The notes beneath the pieces are model-generated. The model was not told where the DNA came from, searched no databases, and was given only the letters and a program-made list of their open reading frames with translations. From assembly GCA_903813345.2 (NCBI GenBank), contig CAIIXF020000001.1, positions 35,960,001 through 36,024,000 on the forward strand: a stretch of DNA of 64,000 bases, written 5' to 3'. Each line of letters begins with the position of its first letter. Position 1 is the stretch's first letter. Shown in pieces: positions 31,901 through 42,215 of the stretch. A program made the translations under genes and the position numbers. The stretch is from Owenia fusiformis. Its lineage: Eukaryota.

Positions 31901-32120
31901 ATCTGTCTGCTAACAGTACAAATTGTCGCTTTCATTTTACGGCAGTCGATAAATGGAAATAGAGGAGTGAAAATTTGAGTGATTATGAGGCAGATTTGTA
32001 CTATGTGTTCTATTTAGATAAATATATTGTCTGATACTCCATGTTTACTTTGTTTCAGTACCTGATCTGAAAGAGAAGATATCAAAATGGAGGAGAGAAC
32101 AAGAGGAAAGCATGCAGTAA
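16933..32120 (+). CDS. UBE4B: Ubiquitin conjugation factor E4 B (U-box E3/E4 ligase, UFD2 family)
   Basis: 24 GT-AG exons: 16933-16956, 18319-18532, 18659-18743, 18933-19020, 19680-19824, 20277-20436, 20639-20896, 21100-21214, 21482-21622, 22746-22862, 23106-23204, 23418-23531, 23741-23936, 24119-24360, 24828-24955, 25384-25482, 25774-26009, 26159-26285, 27810-27954, 28579-28713, 29118-29309, 29768-29942, 31393-31539, 32059-32120. N-terminus [20 protein letters not shown]; core motifs [25 protein letters not shown] and [22 protein letters not shown]-box [22 protein letters not shown]...TDPFNR. Confidence 0.97.
17068..18002. mobile_element. hAT-like non-autonomous element (CAGGCCTCG termini) hosting a nested insertion
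   Basis: caggcctcg at 17068 and cgaggcctg ending at 18002; no clear TSD. Confidence 0.55.
17355..17894. mobile_element. Long-TIR MITE with 8-10 bp TSD (Mutator/hAT/P-like)
   Basis: TIRs of ~145 bp (tatcgcatcctacgacccc... / ...ggggttgtaggatgcgata); aaggtgaggt is duplicated at 17345-17354 and 17895-17904. Confidence 0.9.
18049..18172. repeat. 20-bp tandem repeat (ttcataattcaagtcatcta) x6
   Basis: Direct periodicity. Confidence 0.95.
19129..19510. mobile_element. Tc1/mariner-type MITE
   Basis: TIRs cagggtgagccaaaaaggtaacc / ggttaccttttttggctcaccct with TA flanks. Confidence 0.85.
21021..21135 (+). repeat. Degenerate ~40-bp tandem triplication of the UBE4B exon 8 start plus acceptor
   Basis: Copies at 21021-21059 and 21060-21099 both end atatttcag and resemble the exon start atcacctgctaaattatctgttcttgtgccatat. 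Confidence 0.85.
26278..27640. repeat. Higher-order satellite (19-bp monomer; 57/114-bp units) starting at the UBE4B exon 18 donor
   Basis: Monomers gccaagtaagtacaatgag / gcaaaacatttacaataag / gtgaagtaattacaatggt. The period is 114 bp (26281, 26395, 26509), and the array degenerates toward 27640. Confidence 0.93.
28320..28436. repeat. Short palindromic element with GC-rich central hairpin
   Basis: aataacgtcatt...gtgaaatattggacc ttgggcctgcggccctt ggtccaatatttcac...aatgacgttatt; it shares an arm motif (ggtgaaat/atttcaccatatt) with 57022-57180. Confidence 0.75.
30212..31467 (+). repeat. 113-bp tandem array of acceptor plus 5' part of the UBE4B U-box exon (11 exon starts)
   Basis: ctag|ATCCATTGATGG starts at 30265, 30378, 30491, 30604, 30715, 30828, 30941, 31054, 31167, 31280 and 31393; only the last continues into the full exon. 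Confidence 0.97.
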
Positions 32121-32140
32121 TATGTAATCTCATCTGAGAA

Positions 32141-32480
32141 TTGGGACTTTCACACTTCATTGGGACTTAAGGATTACCAGTTAGAATTCAAGTCACACGA
32201 CATTGGGACTTTCATACTTTATTGGGACTTAAGGATTACCAGTTAGAATTCAAGTCACACGACATTGGGACTTTCACACTTCATTGGGACTTAAGGATTA
32301 CCAGTTAGAATTCAAGTCACACGACATTGGGACTTTCACACTTCATTGGGACTTAAGGATTACCAGTTAGAATTCAAGTCACACGACATTGGGACTTTCA
32401 CACTTCATTGGGACTAAGTATTACCAGTTAGAATTTAAGTCATACAATATAGGGACTTTCACACTTCATTTGGACTTAAA
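32141..32480. repeat. 62-bp tandem repeat in the UBE4B 3' UTR, ~5.3 copies
   Basis: Unit ttgggactttcacacttcattgggacttaaggattaccagttagaattcaagtcacacgaca, starting 20 nt after the stop. Confidence 0.93.
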
Positions 32481-33844
32481 AACACCTTCATTAAATTGGA
32501 ATTTATGACTACAATGTGGATTCAAAGCAACATTGGAATTGAATGTTGCACTTGAACTTTGAGAAAATGAGATTTAAAAAACATTGGGATTTCAAAACAA
32601 CAGAGAGGCTTTCCATTACTTTCAAAACAACAAACACAGGGCCTCGAATACTACACTACTAAAGACACATTTAACTGCACTTCAGCCTGTTACATGAAGA
32701 GTTATAAAACACACATCGGCTGGTTTGGAATACTGAAGCCATACTGAAGAATAAAAGAAAAATAGAAAAAATGTAAATTAAATTATAAAGCAAAAGTCTT
32801 TGAATTTCATTGTTTATAAACATCAAGTACTTTGTTACAGCTCTAGGACTGTTTATGAATTGATGGGTAATTGAATACTGAAAATATACTGAAGAAATAT
32901 CTAGCTGAGCTGGTATGATAAACTGAGTGAGTACCATCAGTCAGCAGTTGTAATGTGAAAACCAATTTTGTACACCCTATGACATACCCAAAATAGTGTC
33001 CCCTCTTAAATGATACACATATAATAGTTTATCCAAATGTTCTAAAGACATCAACATAAAGAACAACTGTAGCATGTAATGCATCATAGTTGAACTCTAC
33101 CAAATCATATCAGTCTGCACACAATTGTATAAAAACAGGCCCATTGTGGATGTCTGCAACAGTCTAACTCACCTCTCCAATATAACTTGACTTGATGGAG
33201 TTGTCAAAGATACATTGCAATGGTCACCATGGGCTATTTTAGTCAGATATGTCGACTCAAAGACTTATTTTGAAGCTACATATTGGATGGCTTTCTCTTC
33301 AAAGACTTTTTGCCCAAAAGGAACATTGTGGAGATACAATTTGTAAGGTCATCATGCACAAATGTTTTGACTCATTATTATTAATTTTTGATATATCCCA
33401 GTTTTTTCAATTGCTTTAAAATCTAACTGCAGGATGAAAGGGATGGAATGTCATATTGCTTTAGATTTTTTAATTTGGAACAAATAATGGTATGAAGCCT
33501 TTTGGAGTGAAGCTCTCAATGCCAAAAGTATTAAAGTTTCCCCTACATTCAGGATGAAACGTTACTCATTAGGTGTAATTATAGTATTGACTCATACTGT
33601 AATGTTTGAAACCCTGAATCTCTCCAGATTGGTTTCATCTCCCCTATGCTTTGACATACTTCAATGTTGTTGACTTGTTATCTTGTGGTTGTGAGATAGA
33701 CATGTGCCAAGTCCTAAAGATACACAAAAGTTCATATGTTTAAATTAACCACCAAATGCTCTGCAGTTATTGATTCATAATATTTCCATACCTGAATGCA
33801 GTGAATCAAGTGTAGTATATTTATGTTTATGGAATTTTGTAGTG

Positions 33845-33850
33845 AATAAA
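33845..33850 (+). terminator. Candidate polyadenylation signal for UBE4B
   Basis: AATAAA followed by a T/A-rich tract; other AATAAA hexamers (e.g. ~32750) are alternatives. Confidence 0.35.
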
Positions 33851-34329
33851 GTAATTTATAATCTTAAATTAAGTTGTTAAATTTAATCTTTTAAATATAT
33901 TATTTTGAAAAACTCCAGACACTCTCGTGCTCTTGGTCAGACATTAACAGCCCCATTATCTAGTTAGTTTTGAAATACTCTTATGATACTCTCACTCTCG
34001 GACCCTACTAAAAGCTGTCTATGAACATATTTTCAATTCAATGTTTTGGATATACCAGTTTCCAACTTCTGATAACTGAGTTTATTCTAAAGTCACTGTA
34101 CTAAGAATAAGAAAACCATAATTTTGTAACCAGTGGAAAAATAAAATAACATATTTCCTGTTTTGAATGTCACTAAATCATTGAACATGTTGAATGTGGG
34201 TCTCAATCATGAGACATGCCATGTCTGAGGGTTAACTTAATTTTAACCTGATATTTTTCATTTTGGTTATTTATTCCTTGAGGATGATAAGAGGTACATA
34301 ACACATACCTTTTAATTATGGAATAATAA

Positions 34330-34477
34330 AAATATCCTATGATTTACTCATAATATGATTTCTATCCACTCCATTCTATGTCAATCCTATACATGAATAT
34401 GGATATCTGCCCTCTCACACGAGATACCGTGTTATTCATGGATAAAATTGTATCACTTATGAATCATAGGATATTCT
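34330..34477. repeat. Short palindromic MITE-like element
   Basis: aatatcctatgattt...tatccac is mirrored by ggataaaatt...aatcataggatatt. Confidence 0.55.
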
Positions 34478-34706
34478 CTGTATTAGGGGTCCCATATTTC
34501 TGCACCACCCTGTACACTATTAGATAACAAAAACCATTTTGATGACATTTCAGAACTTTATTTTAACTTAAAACTAAAAGAAAAACAATACAAAATTCTG
34601 AATAACAAATGTGTTGCATTCTTTCCTAATGAGTAACAAACTCACAATACTATAAGTTTCATTGTTCCTCAGAGCATCTATGCTCAGAGTTCCTTAATAG
34701 AGTTCT

Positions 34707-37700
34707 TTAATTGTCACCAAGCATTGCCAAGACATTGAAAGATTGCTTAAGCTCTCTAAAGCACAAGCGAGATAAAAACAAATGTTTCTGTTCATATTCT
34801 ACATCAATTGTTGTTGACTCTTGACTTTCACATGACCCCAGCTTGGATGACCTTTGACCTATTCTCTTGCAGATGACCTCAGCTGAAAGGATCATGAGCC
34901 AACCAATAATATCAAAATCATTGGGTAAACACTCAGGTTTTGTACTCCAATCCCAATGTGGAGGGCCCCATAGTAGAATATGCAGAATGTTTCCCAGTAC
35001 TTGTGGACTCAGCCTCTGAAAGTTTTAGATACATTTATTAATATAAAGATTTATATACCCCATTTTCTGACCCAAGAGGAAATGGTAGAGAAATACAAGA
35101 ACGATAACCTTAAAATAATTACAAACAGATTTGCGTTTTATATTTGATTATCCCCCTATTTCCTGAGTGTAAGCATGAGAACAAGTGAGGAATATTAGCT
35201 TGATGCAGTTCTAAAATAAACAAAATGGGATGAAATGAAGAACCATTTTGGAATGCAGTTTTTTTTACATTAATTGCTTTATACAATAAGTTGATCTTGT
35301 CTTTTAAACTATTTTTTTTCACTATTCAATGTACGTAATTACAATCAGTGGTAGAAAATAGAAACACATAAAATATGCTACATAGTGATTTGTCAAAAAT
35401 ACAAGTCAGCTTACTTTTGATGGATCCTTTATCAGCATTAATTGAACCAATTTTCGAAAAATCCTTGGTGTATTCTCTGAAAATCGATATCATACATGTA
35501 CACAATACAGAAGTGTAAAAAGTCAGACTATCCAACAGATTAAGGATTCATGATAAATTGTTGAACACAACATATATGAATATTTGAGATTGTGAGGTTC
35601 CTGATCTAAATACTTGTTTTTGATTGATTAGAGAGAAATTTAGAGATTTCAGACAACAAAATACTATAAAACTGAAGAAATCCTAGTCATATGAATATGC
35701 CTCTGGTCGGTAGAGACTTAAAGGTGGATTGGATTGAGTGGATTGGATTCATGTAAAAGGTGGATTGGATTGGTAATCTCCAAAATATGTAATTTCTTTA
35801 AGATTTTTTTTCTGTTGATCTCCCTCTAAGCAATTTCTCCCTAAAGTATATTGTGATCACTTGGGTTCCCTTGTATTGAGAAATCAGAACAAAGCAATGC
35901 CAAGTACATACTCCAATAAGTTGATGGATACTCTTAAGCATTTAACTAGCTGCTTTCCCTTGTAAATCAACTTTTGTAAGACATAATAAACATAGATCTG
36001 TAAAAGCTGTTGTAAAAGCTGTTGCAAATTGATGTGTGGATGTTCACAAAACATTTCTGCTATGTTCTGTTTGGACTGAAAACAGATGATATGGATCTTC
36101 AAACCAAGGGAAAGATCAATACCCGGTGATTTCAGCGGGAAGTGGCGTTTCGTTCATTGGATGAGCTGCGCGCGCACGCATAAATGTGATTATCCAATAT
36201 AATTAGGGGAGGGCTATTTGAAATAGTTTTTGGTCTCAGGCGCGACCCAGGGCTGTTGTCTTAAGGACATTTCGTTGAAAATGAGCCATTCGGCTGATAA
36301 TTGGTAAGAGTTTGCGATCTTATAATGTATAACTGTTACTCAGACACATATTTTGACACGATTCTGTTGGAAATAAGCTTTGAACCGAGAGATATTCACG
36401 ATTGATATGCACATTTTTGATTGTGCCATTGCTTTTCTATTGCACAACCCATGTATTGATAGAAGAAACATTAATAATACAGATTGGTTTACCTTCAATA
36501 CATGGCAGACACTACATATCGGTCTATAAATACCAGTTTGTGCCTTAAATAGTTTTATATTTCCATAGTCCACGGCCTGGAGCCTGGGTGTGTTTGTCTC
36601 TTATGTGTATGCTTGTGCATGGACTTCTAATCACTAGCAGAATTTAACATGATGCAAACTCGACATTATAACTCATGCTGTAACATTTTGACTTCGCTGG
36701 AAAACAATAGGAATTATTTTTCTTGCCAATCAATCATGAATCACAATCAAAATTTCAGAATGATCAATCAGGCAATGATCCAAATCAAGTTATAACATTA
36801 TATGATATTCAGCAAGAAGTCCGGTAGAAATACAGAATATTTAAACATCAAAGCTGAAAGTTAAAAGCTAATCTGTCAATTTTCTGTCTGCAAAAGAGCG
36901 TCCCAAGAGCGTTTACATTTGACACAATAACAGACTGAGACCTTGAAATCTAGGATTCCCCAGGAAAATATGACGTCATACTAATTAGCATAAGGATTTC
37001 CCTATTGGGGTGGGTCGAGCCTTGTTCGAAAACACAATCCATAAATACATGCTAATTTCTAAGGAGATAGGAAGTGTATAACGTGTTTATCGATTTTGTT
37101 TAAAGATTTAATCAATTATCAAATTGTTTAAGTGGATAAAGTGGTCACACTTGCTTCAATTCATAGCGAAATCGACGGATAGAAACTGACCGAATTCCCG
37201 ATATCCTACCCCGTATTACTGTAGGCTATAAGCACAGTGACCTACAGAGGGCGCTATCACAAACAAGTACTGGACGAACCGATAAATTCCCGGGTATTGT
37301 AACGCCCTTGTTCAAACCAGTCTGCCTTATAATTTATGAAATGTCTAAGATTACCCTCAGTCTTCTTAGAGGAGACGGTCAATAGAATTTTTAAGGAAAA
37401 TCCATATTTTGAAGATTCTTGATCCAATCCACCTTTTACATGAATCCAATCCACTCGATCCAATCCACCTTTTAATCCTTACCCTCTGGCTGGGTCGATA
37501 TTTTCATATACCGTACAAGTAATCCACAATAAAAACTACCAACCAGGAAGTTGCGGCAGATCATCTTCTGTGTACCTCCTACTGTCCAGACCAGCTGATA
37601 CACCCTGACAGTAGAAGGGATTTCTTTCCCCTAGTAGCTCATAAACTAGGGTTCCCAGGGCCCACAGGTCTGACTTCCTATAGTCCAGCCAAGAGTCTCT

Positions 37701-40700
37701 ACCAGGGACAGCATTGGCAATCTATAAGCAGAAGAATAGTACAATTCATGTTTGTTACTCTAACATCTTTGGTTGTGTAAACCATTGATGTGGTGAAACT
37801 AATTTAATACTGAGGTAGTGGGGGTAAGGAAATTTAAAAACAAATTGATTAATTTAAGTACAAATGATACAACTTTTACCAGGTGGATTATTCAAAAGTA
37901 GTAAAGGACCATAGCAAATTGCAGAGAACCTTTCATTTGACCTTGGCCTTTAAAAATGACTGAGTGACATCATTGATTATGTATTTCACAAAAGGAGTAG
38001 CTGAGTTGAGCATTTGCAAAGACAATATATTTTAGGGTATCAAGTCTACCTCTGGTGCCATCAGAGCTGGGTTCCCCTCCTTTGCAATGTTGTCTGTATT
38101 GTACGGAATCAACAGGCCATTCAGCTGATCCATACTGGCACAACCAAAGTCACTCAATACAACTCTGTTCTTCAAACCTGTTGTAAAATAAACCACAGAT
38201 TCAGTCACATAGAAATTATTTAAGGCAATCACATTCATGACAACTGAACAACTGATATCTTAGCTACCATGCTGGATAAAATTGATTTCATATTTTTTAG
38301 TTGTTATGTTTTTGCAAAGTATATAATGAAAATACAGTATTGCCTACTGATTACACTCAACTAATGTATATCATGTAATGTTTAGAAGTAAAATCTTCCA
38401 TAATATTCATGAGTGTGATCAAGATGCTGGGATTTAATATCAAGTACTTCTTTATTGTTTTCAAGACAGATGATAACCCCTATAATAAATATGACTAGAC
38501 TGATTGACATCATTGATTATGTATTTCACAAAAGGAGCAGATGAGTTGAGCATTTGCAAAGACAATACATAATAAAAATACTTTCATGAAAACCCCTGTA
38601 TGTATTATGTTAGTAAACACACATATTTGACAGTTTTCAACTGAAAAATTCAAACCTCCAGGCTCAGTTTCCACCAGAATGTTGTCTGTCTTTATGTCTC
38701 TGTGGGCCACCCCATGTTGTCCAAGGTGAACCAAGCCCTCTACAAGTTGGCACAATATTAACATAGCACTCTGGGAATCCAATTCCTTGGAAGCTAAATA
38801 TTCCCTCAAAGTATACGGATACCTAGAAATAACAGTTTAATAATCTTTTTTATTTTACACTCTACTATACATTTGCAAAGGTCAGATCAATTCTTATGAA
38901 GTTCTATCACCATATGTTTAAGCAAACATTAATTTAATATTTTTCCGAGACGAGACTTCTAATACCAGAGAGGCTAACCTTTTCATTACAGAAAACATGG
39001 TTTTATTTCTGCCACATCCGTAAGGATTGAGATGTTGCGGTAGGACTGCTGGGAACTCTACCATAGCGCCATCTAACTCAGGTACATCTGCCACAAACAC
39101 ACTCTGCATGTCAACAATACTGGGGTGAGGTGGTAACCGTTTTTTCTTCACCCGATTCCTGAAGAAGCATAAGGTCCTGTATTTTATATTGAAATGCATT
39201 TTTTCCATTTCTATTACCATTTTAGAAAGATGACTACATACATGTATGTATTCTTTCAATGTGGAAAAGTGAATACTTTTTTATTTCCACACATACTAAT
39301 CTCATGTGCTCTCATGACATGCATTTTTTAATTTCAAAATAGTAGAAAATATTTGAATATTTGGGTACACCCAGCCTTTTAAAATAATTTGTTTCTTACC
39401 CATTCTCCCACATCTCCAAATCCTCAAAAGCAGAGCTCATCTTTGCTGGTAACGCTTCATTTTCCATCACTCGCATTATCAATGCAGGGTTTGATGGAAC
39501 ATGCATGTTCCAAACCATCTTGATGGCCAAGTCAAACTCAGGTGTCATGTCTGGTGTCATCTCTAATGGTGAATCATCATTAATACTACTCAATGTGGAA
39601 TCTTGAATAAAAATAATGTCTGAAATGAAGTTCATAACACTTTTTTGTTTATAAAAATAGAAAGATTGCTTACTCTTTTACTAACATTTACAATACTCTT
39701 TTCTACTGAGCTAATGAACAAAATTGATTATTTAGTGCAATTCAGTGAACCACTTATAAAACATTGACAGTGGGTCGAAATGTAAAAAAGGTGATTTAAC
39801 AAATCATCTCTTCATATGCATTAAAGCAAGTCGACTTTAAAATCACAATTGTGTATTAGTTGCCTCAAACTTCATTGTTCCTATATTTGAAAGTCTTAAA
39901 ATGTGAAATGACACAATACAATTATATATATTATCATATACGATATGTACATGTATTTACCAGAGGAGTAATGGGGAATTAGGGGAGATTTTTAACTATA
40001 CCTGAGTGACATGATTCCTCGTCATCTAAAATAACGAAACTATCATCATTGGAGTCAGAAGAAGTGTCACTGCCCTCTATTGTTCCAGTAACAGTGTCAG
40101 CATTACTAGATGTGTCCTCTCCATCAGAAGTGTCAGCATCTATATCCATAAAAATCTCTTGAATGCAGTTCAGTCCAATCACATCCTTATCAGGGTTCAT
40201 ATCACCTTCAAAAATATAATGGATGGCATGTTCAGAAGTTTTTATTCATGTACATTATATTACTTAAGCGGGAAGAGGTAGGTTAATGTAACAAACTATC
40301 ATTAAAAATCATGAATTTTCGTGTAAGTCATGAGTTTTCAAATTGGTATTAAACTACATGTAAGGACTATTTCTTCTTTTGTATATTAAAAAATGATATG
40401 TAATACACCATGTCAAAAGTAGATGTTTGTCACTAGTATTGGCTTGGCACTGTTGCATGAAACCAATTCACGCCATACATACATGTACATATCCGTCCTT
40501 ACATAGATAGGAATCAAAGCAAAGGAAGGAAATCAAAGACTGAATGCAAGATAACGGAGAGTTTTTGTCAAACTTATTTTGACCACATACATTTCATATC
40601 ATTCATCTGATCACATTCTGTTCGGAGTCTGGCTTCATAGACAGCAGCATTGCTTCCCTTGGCTATCATAGACCCAATGTCAATGTCATCCAAGCCAGAG

Positions 40701-41780
40701 ACACAACAGTCATTCTTCCATCCCTCAGCTGACACTGGCTTGAAAAGCTCCTGAAGCAGACATTTCATACAAGAATGATAACCTTAAATGGTATAAGATC
40801 GAACTCCCGTGCAGTGATATATAACTGCGGCGGGCAGGTATCTCACCGTAAGCATGGTAACATCGCGATAAACAACTGACGTGATTGGTTCTAGTCCCAT
40901 GCTCAGATCGCGTGATTGTAAAATTTAGACAATTTCATTGGTTGAATTGCGCGTATTAACTAATAAACAACATGTGCGGTAAATTTTATCAACACAACTT
41001 TTACTCAGAATTCCTTCCGCGGGGATTTCCTCTTATATTTCATTGATTTTGGAATATTTTGACAAAATAATTATTGGTGAACATAAAAGAACATATATTT
41101 TATAAGTTGTGTGAAAAACAAGTACATCTGTGACAAAAAGGGGGACTATCTTCCCCAAATTCTGGGGATTCCATAATCTGCCCGCCGCAGTGTCTATACC
41201 GAGACACTGCATAGGAGTTCGGTATAAGCTTTGAAAAGTAATCATCACATAGGTACATCTACATGTATCAGAAATAGAATGTATGAATAGTTACAATAAA
41301 GCTGATAATAATACCCGATACTTTATACATTTTATGATTCAAACTGTACTGTACATGTACAGTTGCTAGTAAGTCTACCTTGATTTGATCACATATAACA
41401 TCGCCTCTATTATCACAATCTAACAGCCCAGATTTGGAAGCAAACCCAACTCCGACAAAAGCATAGAGAGATAGTCTTCCAGCATTTGGTGCCATGTATC
41501 GCCCAACATTCCCAGCAAACGAGACACCGGTAGTTCGGGTTGCAGCAAGTTTGGAAAACCATGTCACTCTTTTCGGTTGAACGTTGAAATACCGTGATGT
41601 TTGTGTTGGTGCAACTGTTTGATTCTCCGAATGTCCAGTTTGTCTCTTTTTGGCAATTCTATTTTGAACATTTTTCTGGATAACTTTTCGACCATTTTGG
41701 ATGAGTTTTGAAAAAAGTGCAAAGATTGAACCGTCATTTACAGCGGGCTGTGCCCAGAATTGGACTAATTTAAGTACCAT
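34707..41780 (-). CDS. PINK1: PTEN-induced kinase 1, mitochondrial Ser/Thr kinase
   Basis: Ten GT-AG exons: 41780-41379, 40750-40591, 40205-40002, 39601-39400, 39158-38979, 38822-38656, 38177-38050, 37721-37544, 35476-35415, 35015-34707. It has a basic N-terminal targeting-like region and a hydrophobic segment (LYAFVGVGF). Motifs: IAKGSNAAVYEA, LAIKMVWN, PPHPSIV, LNPYGCGRNKTMFSVMKRY, HRDIKTDNILV, DFGC, GNPALMAPE, LHILLWGP, C-terminal LFLSRL. Confidence 0.96.
35722..37471. mobile_element. Non-autonomous DNA transposon with ~110-bp TIRs and TTAA flanks (Kolobok-like) in PINK1 intron 8
   Basis: ttaa|aggtggattggattgagtggattggattcatgtaaaaggtggattgga is mirrored by tccaatccaccttttacatgaatccaatccactcgatccaatccacctt|ttaa. 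No transposase ORF inside. Confidence 0.75.
40800..41221. mobile_element. MITE with ~9-bp TSD in PINK1 intron 1
   Basis: TIRs cgaactcccgtgcagtg / cactgcataggagttcg, an inner inverted pair actgcggcgggcag / ctgcccgccgcagt, and flanks gtataagat / gtataagct. Confidence 0.8.
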
Positions 41781-42215
41781 TATTTTAAGTCTATATCTAC
41801 CCCTTACAGGAGGGGGTTGTCAATCTAGCTCTCGCCCCAAAAGGGCTCATAAAACGAAATAGATTAGGATGACGCAAAATCAAAACAAAACTTTTTTCTG
41901 AATCACTTCCTGGTTTAAATGTCAAACTTTATTGAGCGAAATCGCGAAAATTTATTATGATATGTGAGATCAATCAAACAGTTAATTTATATTGAAATAT
42001 GGATATTTACATATTTAAAATAATGATTATTCATATTTATTTATTTGTGTGAACTGATGTATATGCTCTAAGTTGCCGTGCAATTTTTGTAGTTAGATAT
42101 TCCTCAATTTAGATCTACGGAAAGGAACTCTGGGTAAAAATTATCAAAACAGAAAAGTAGAAAGAAAGAAGCCTGACTGTTTCCTAATTAAACAACAAAG
42201 CATGTCTTAGGACAG
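41781..42215. promoter_or_regulatory. Putative bidirectional promoter shared by PINK1 and DISP3
   Basis: ETS-like CACTTCCTG at ~41904. The plus-strand donor cag|gtaaac at ~42215 is a candidate non-coding DISP3 exon 1 that would splice to the acceptor at 46099. Confidence 0.4.

Noticed and set aside
35908..35960. Candidate PINK1 exon (KQLVKCLRVSINLL) with AG/GT-like ends
   Set aside because: It lies inside the TIR element and has an incompatible phase; 35476-35415 fits both phase and homology.
41730..41780. Apparent N-terminal extension or alternative start of PINK1
   Set aside because: The targeting region is poorly conserved, so I cannot distinguish a real extension from normal variation without alignments.
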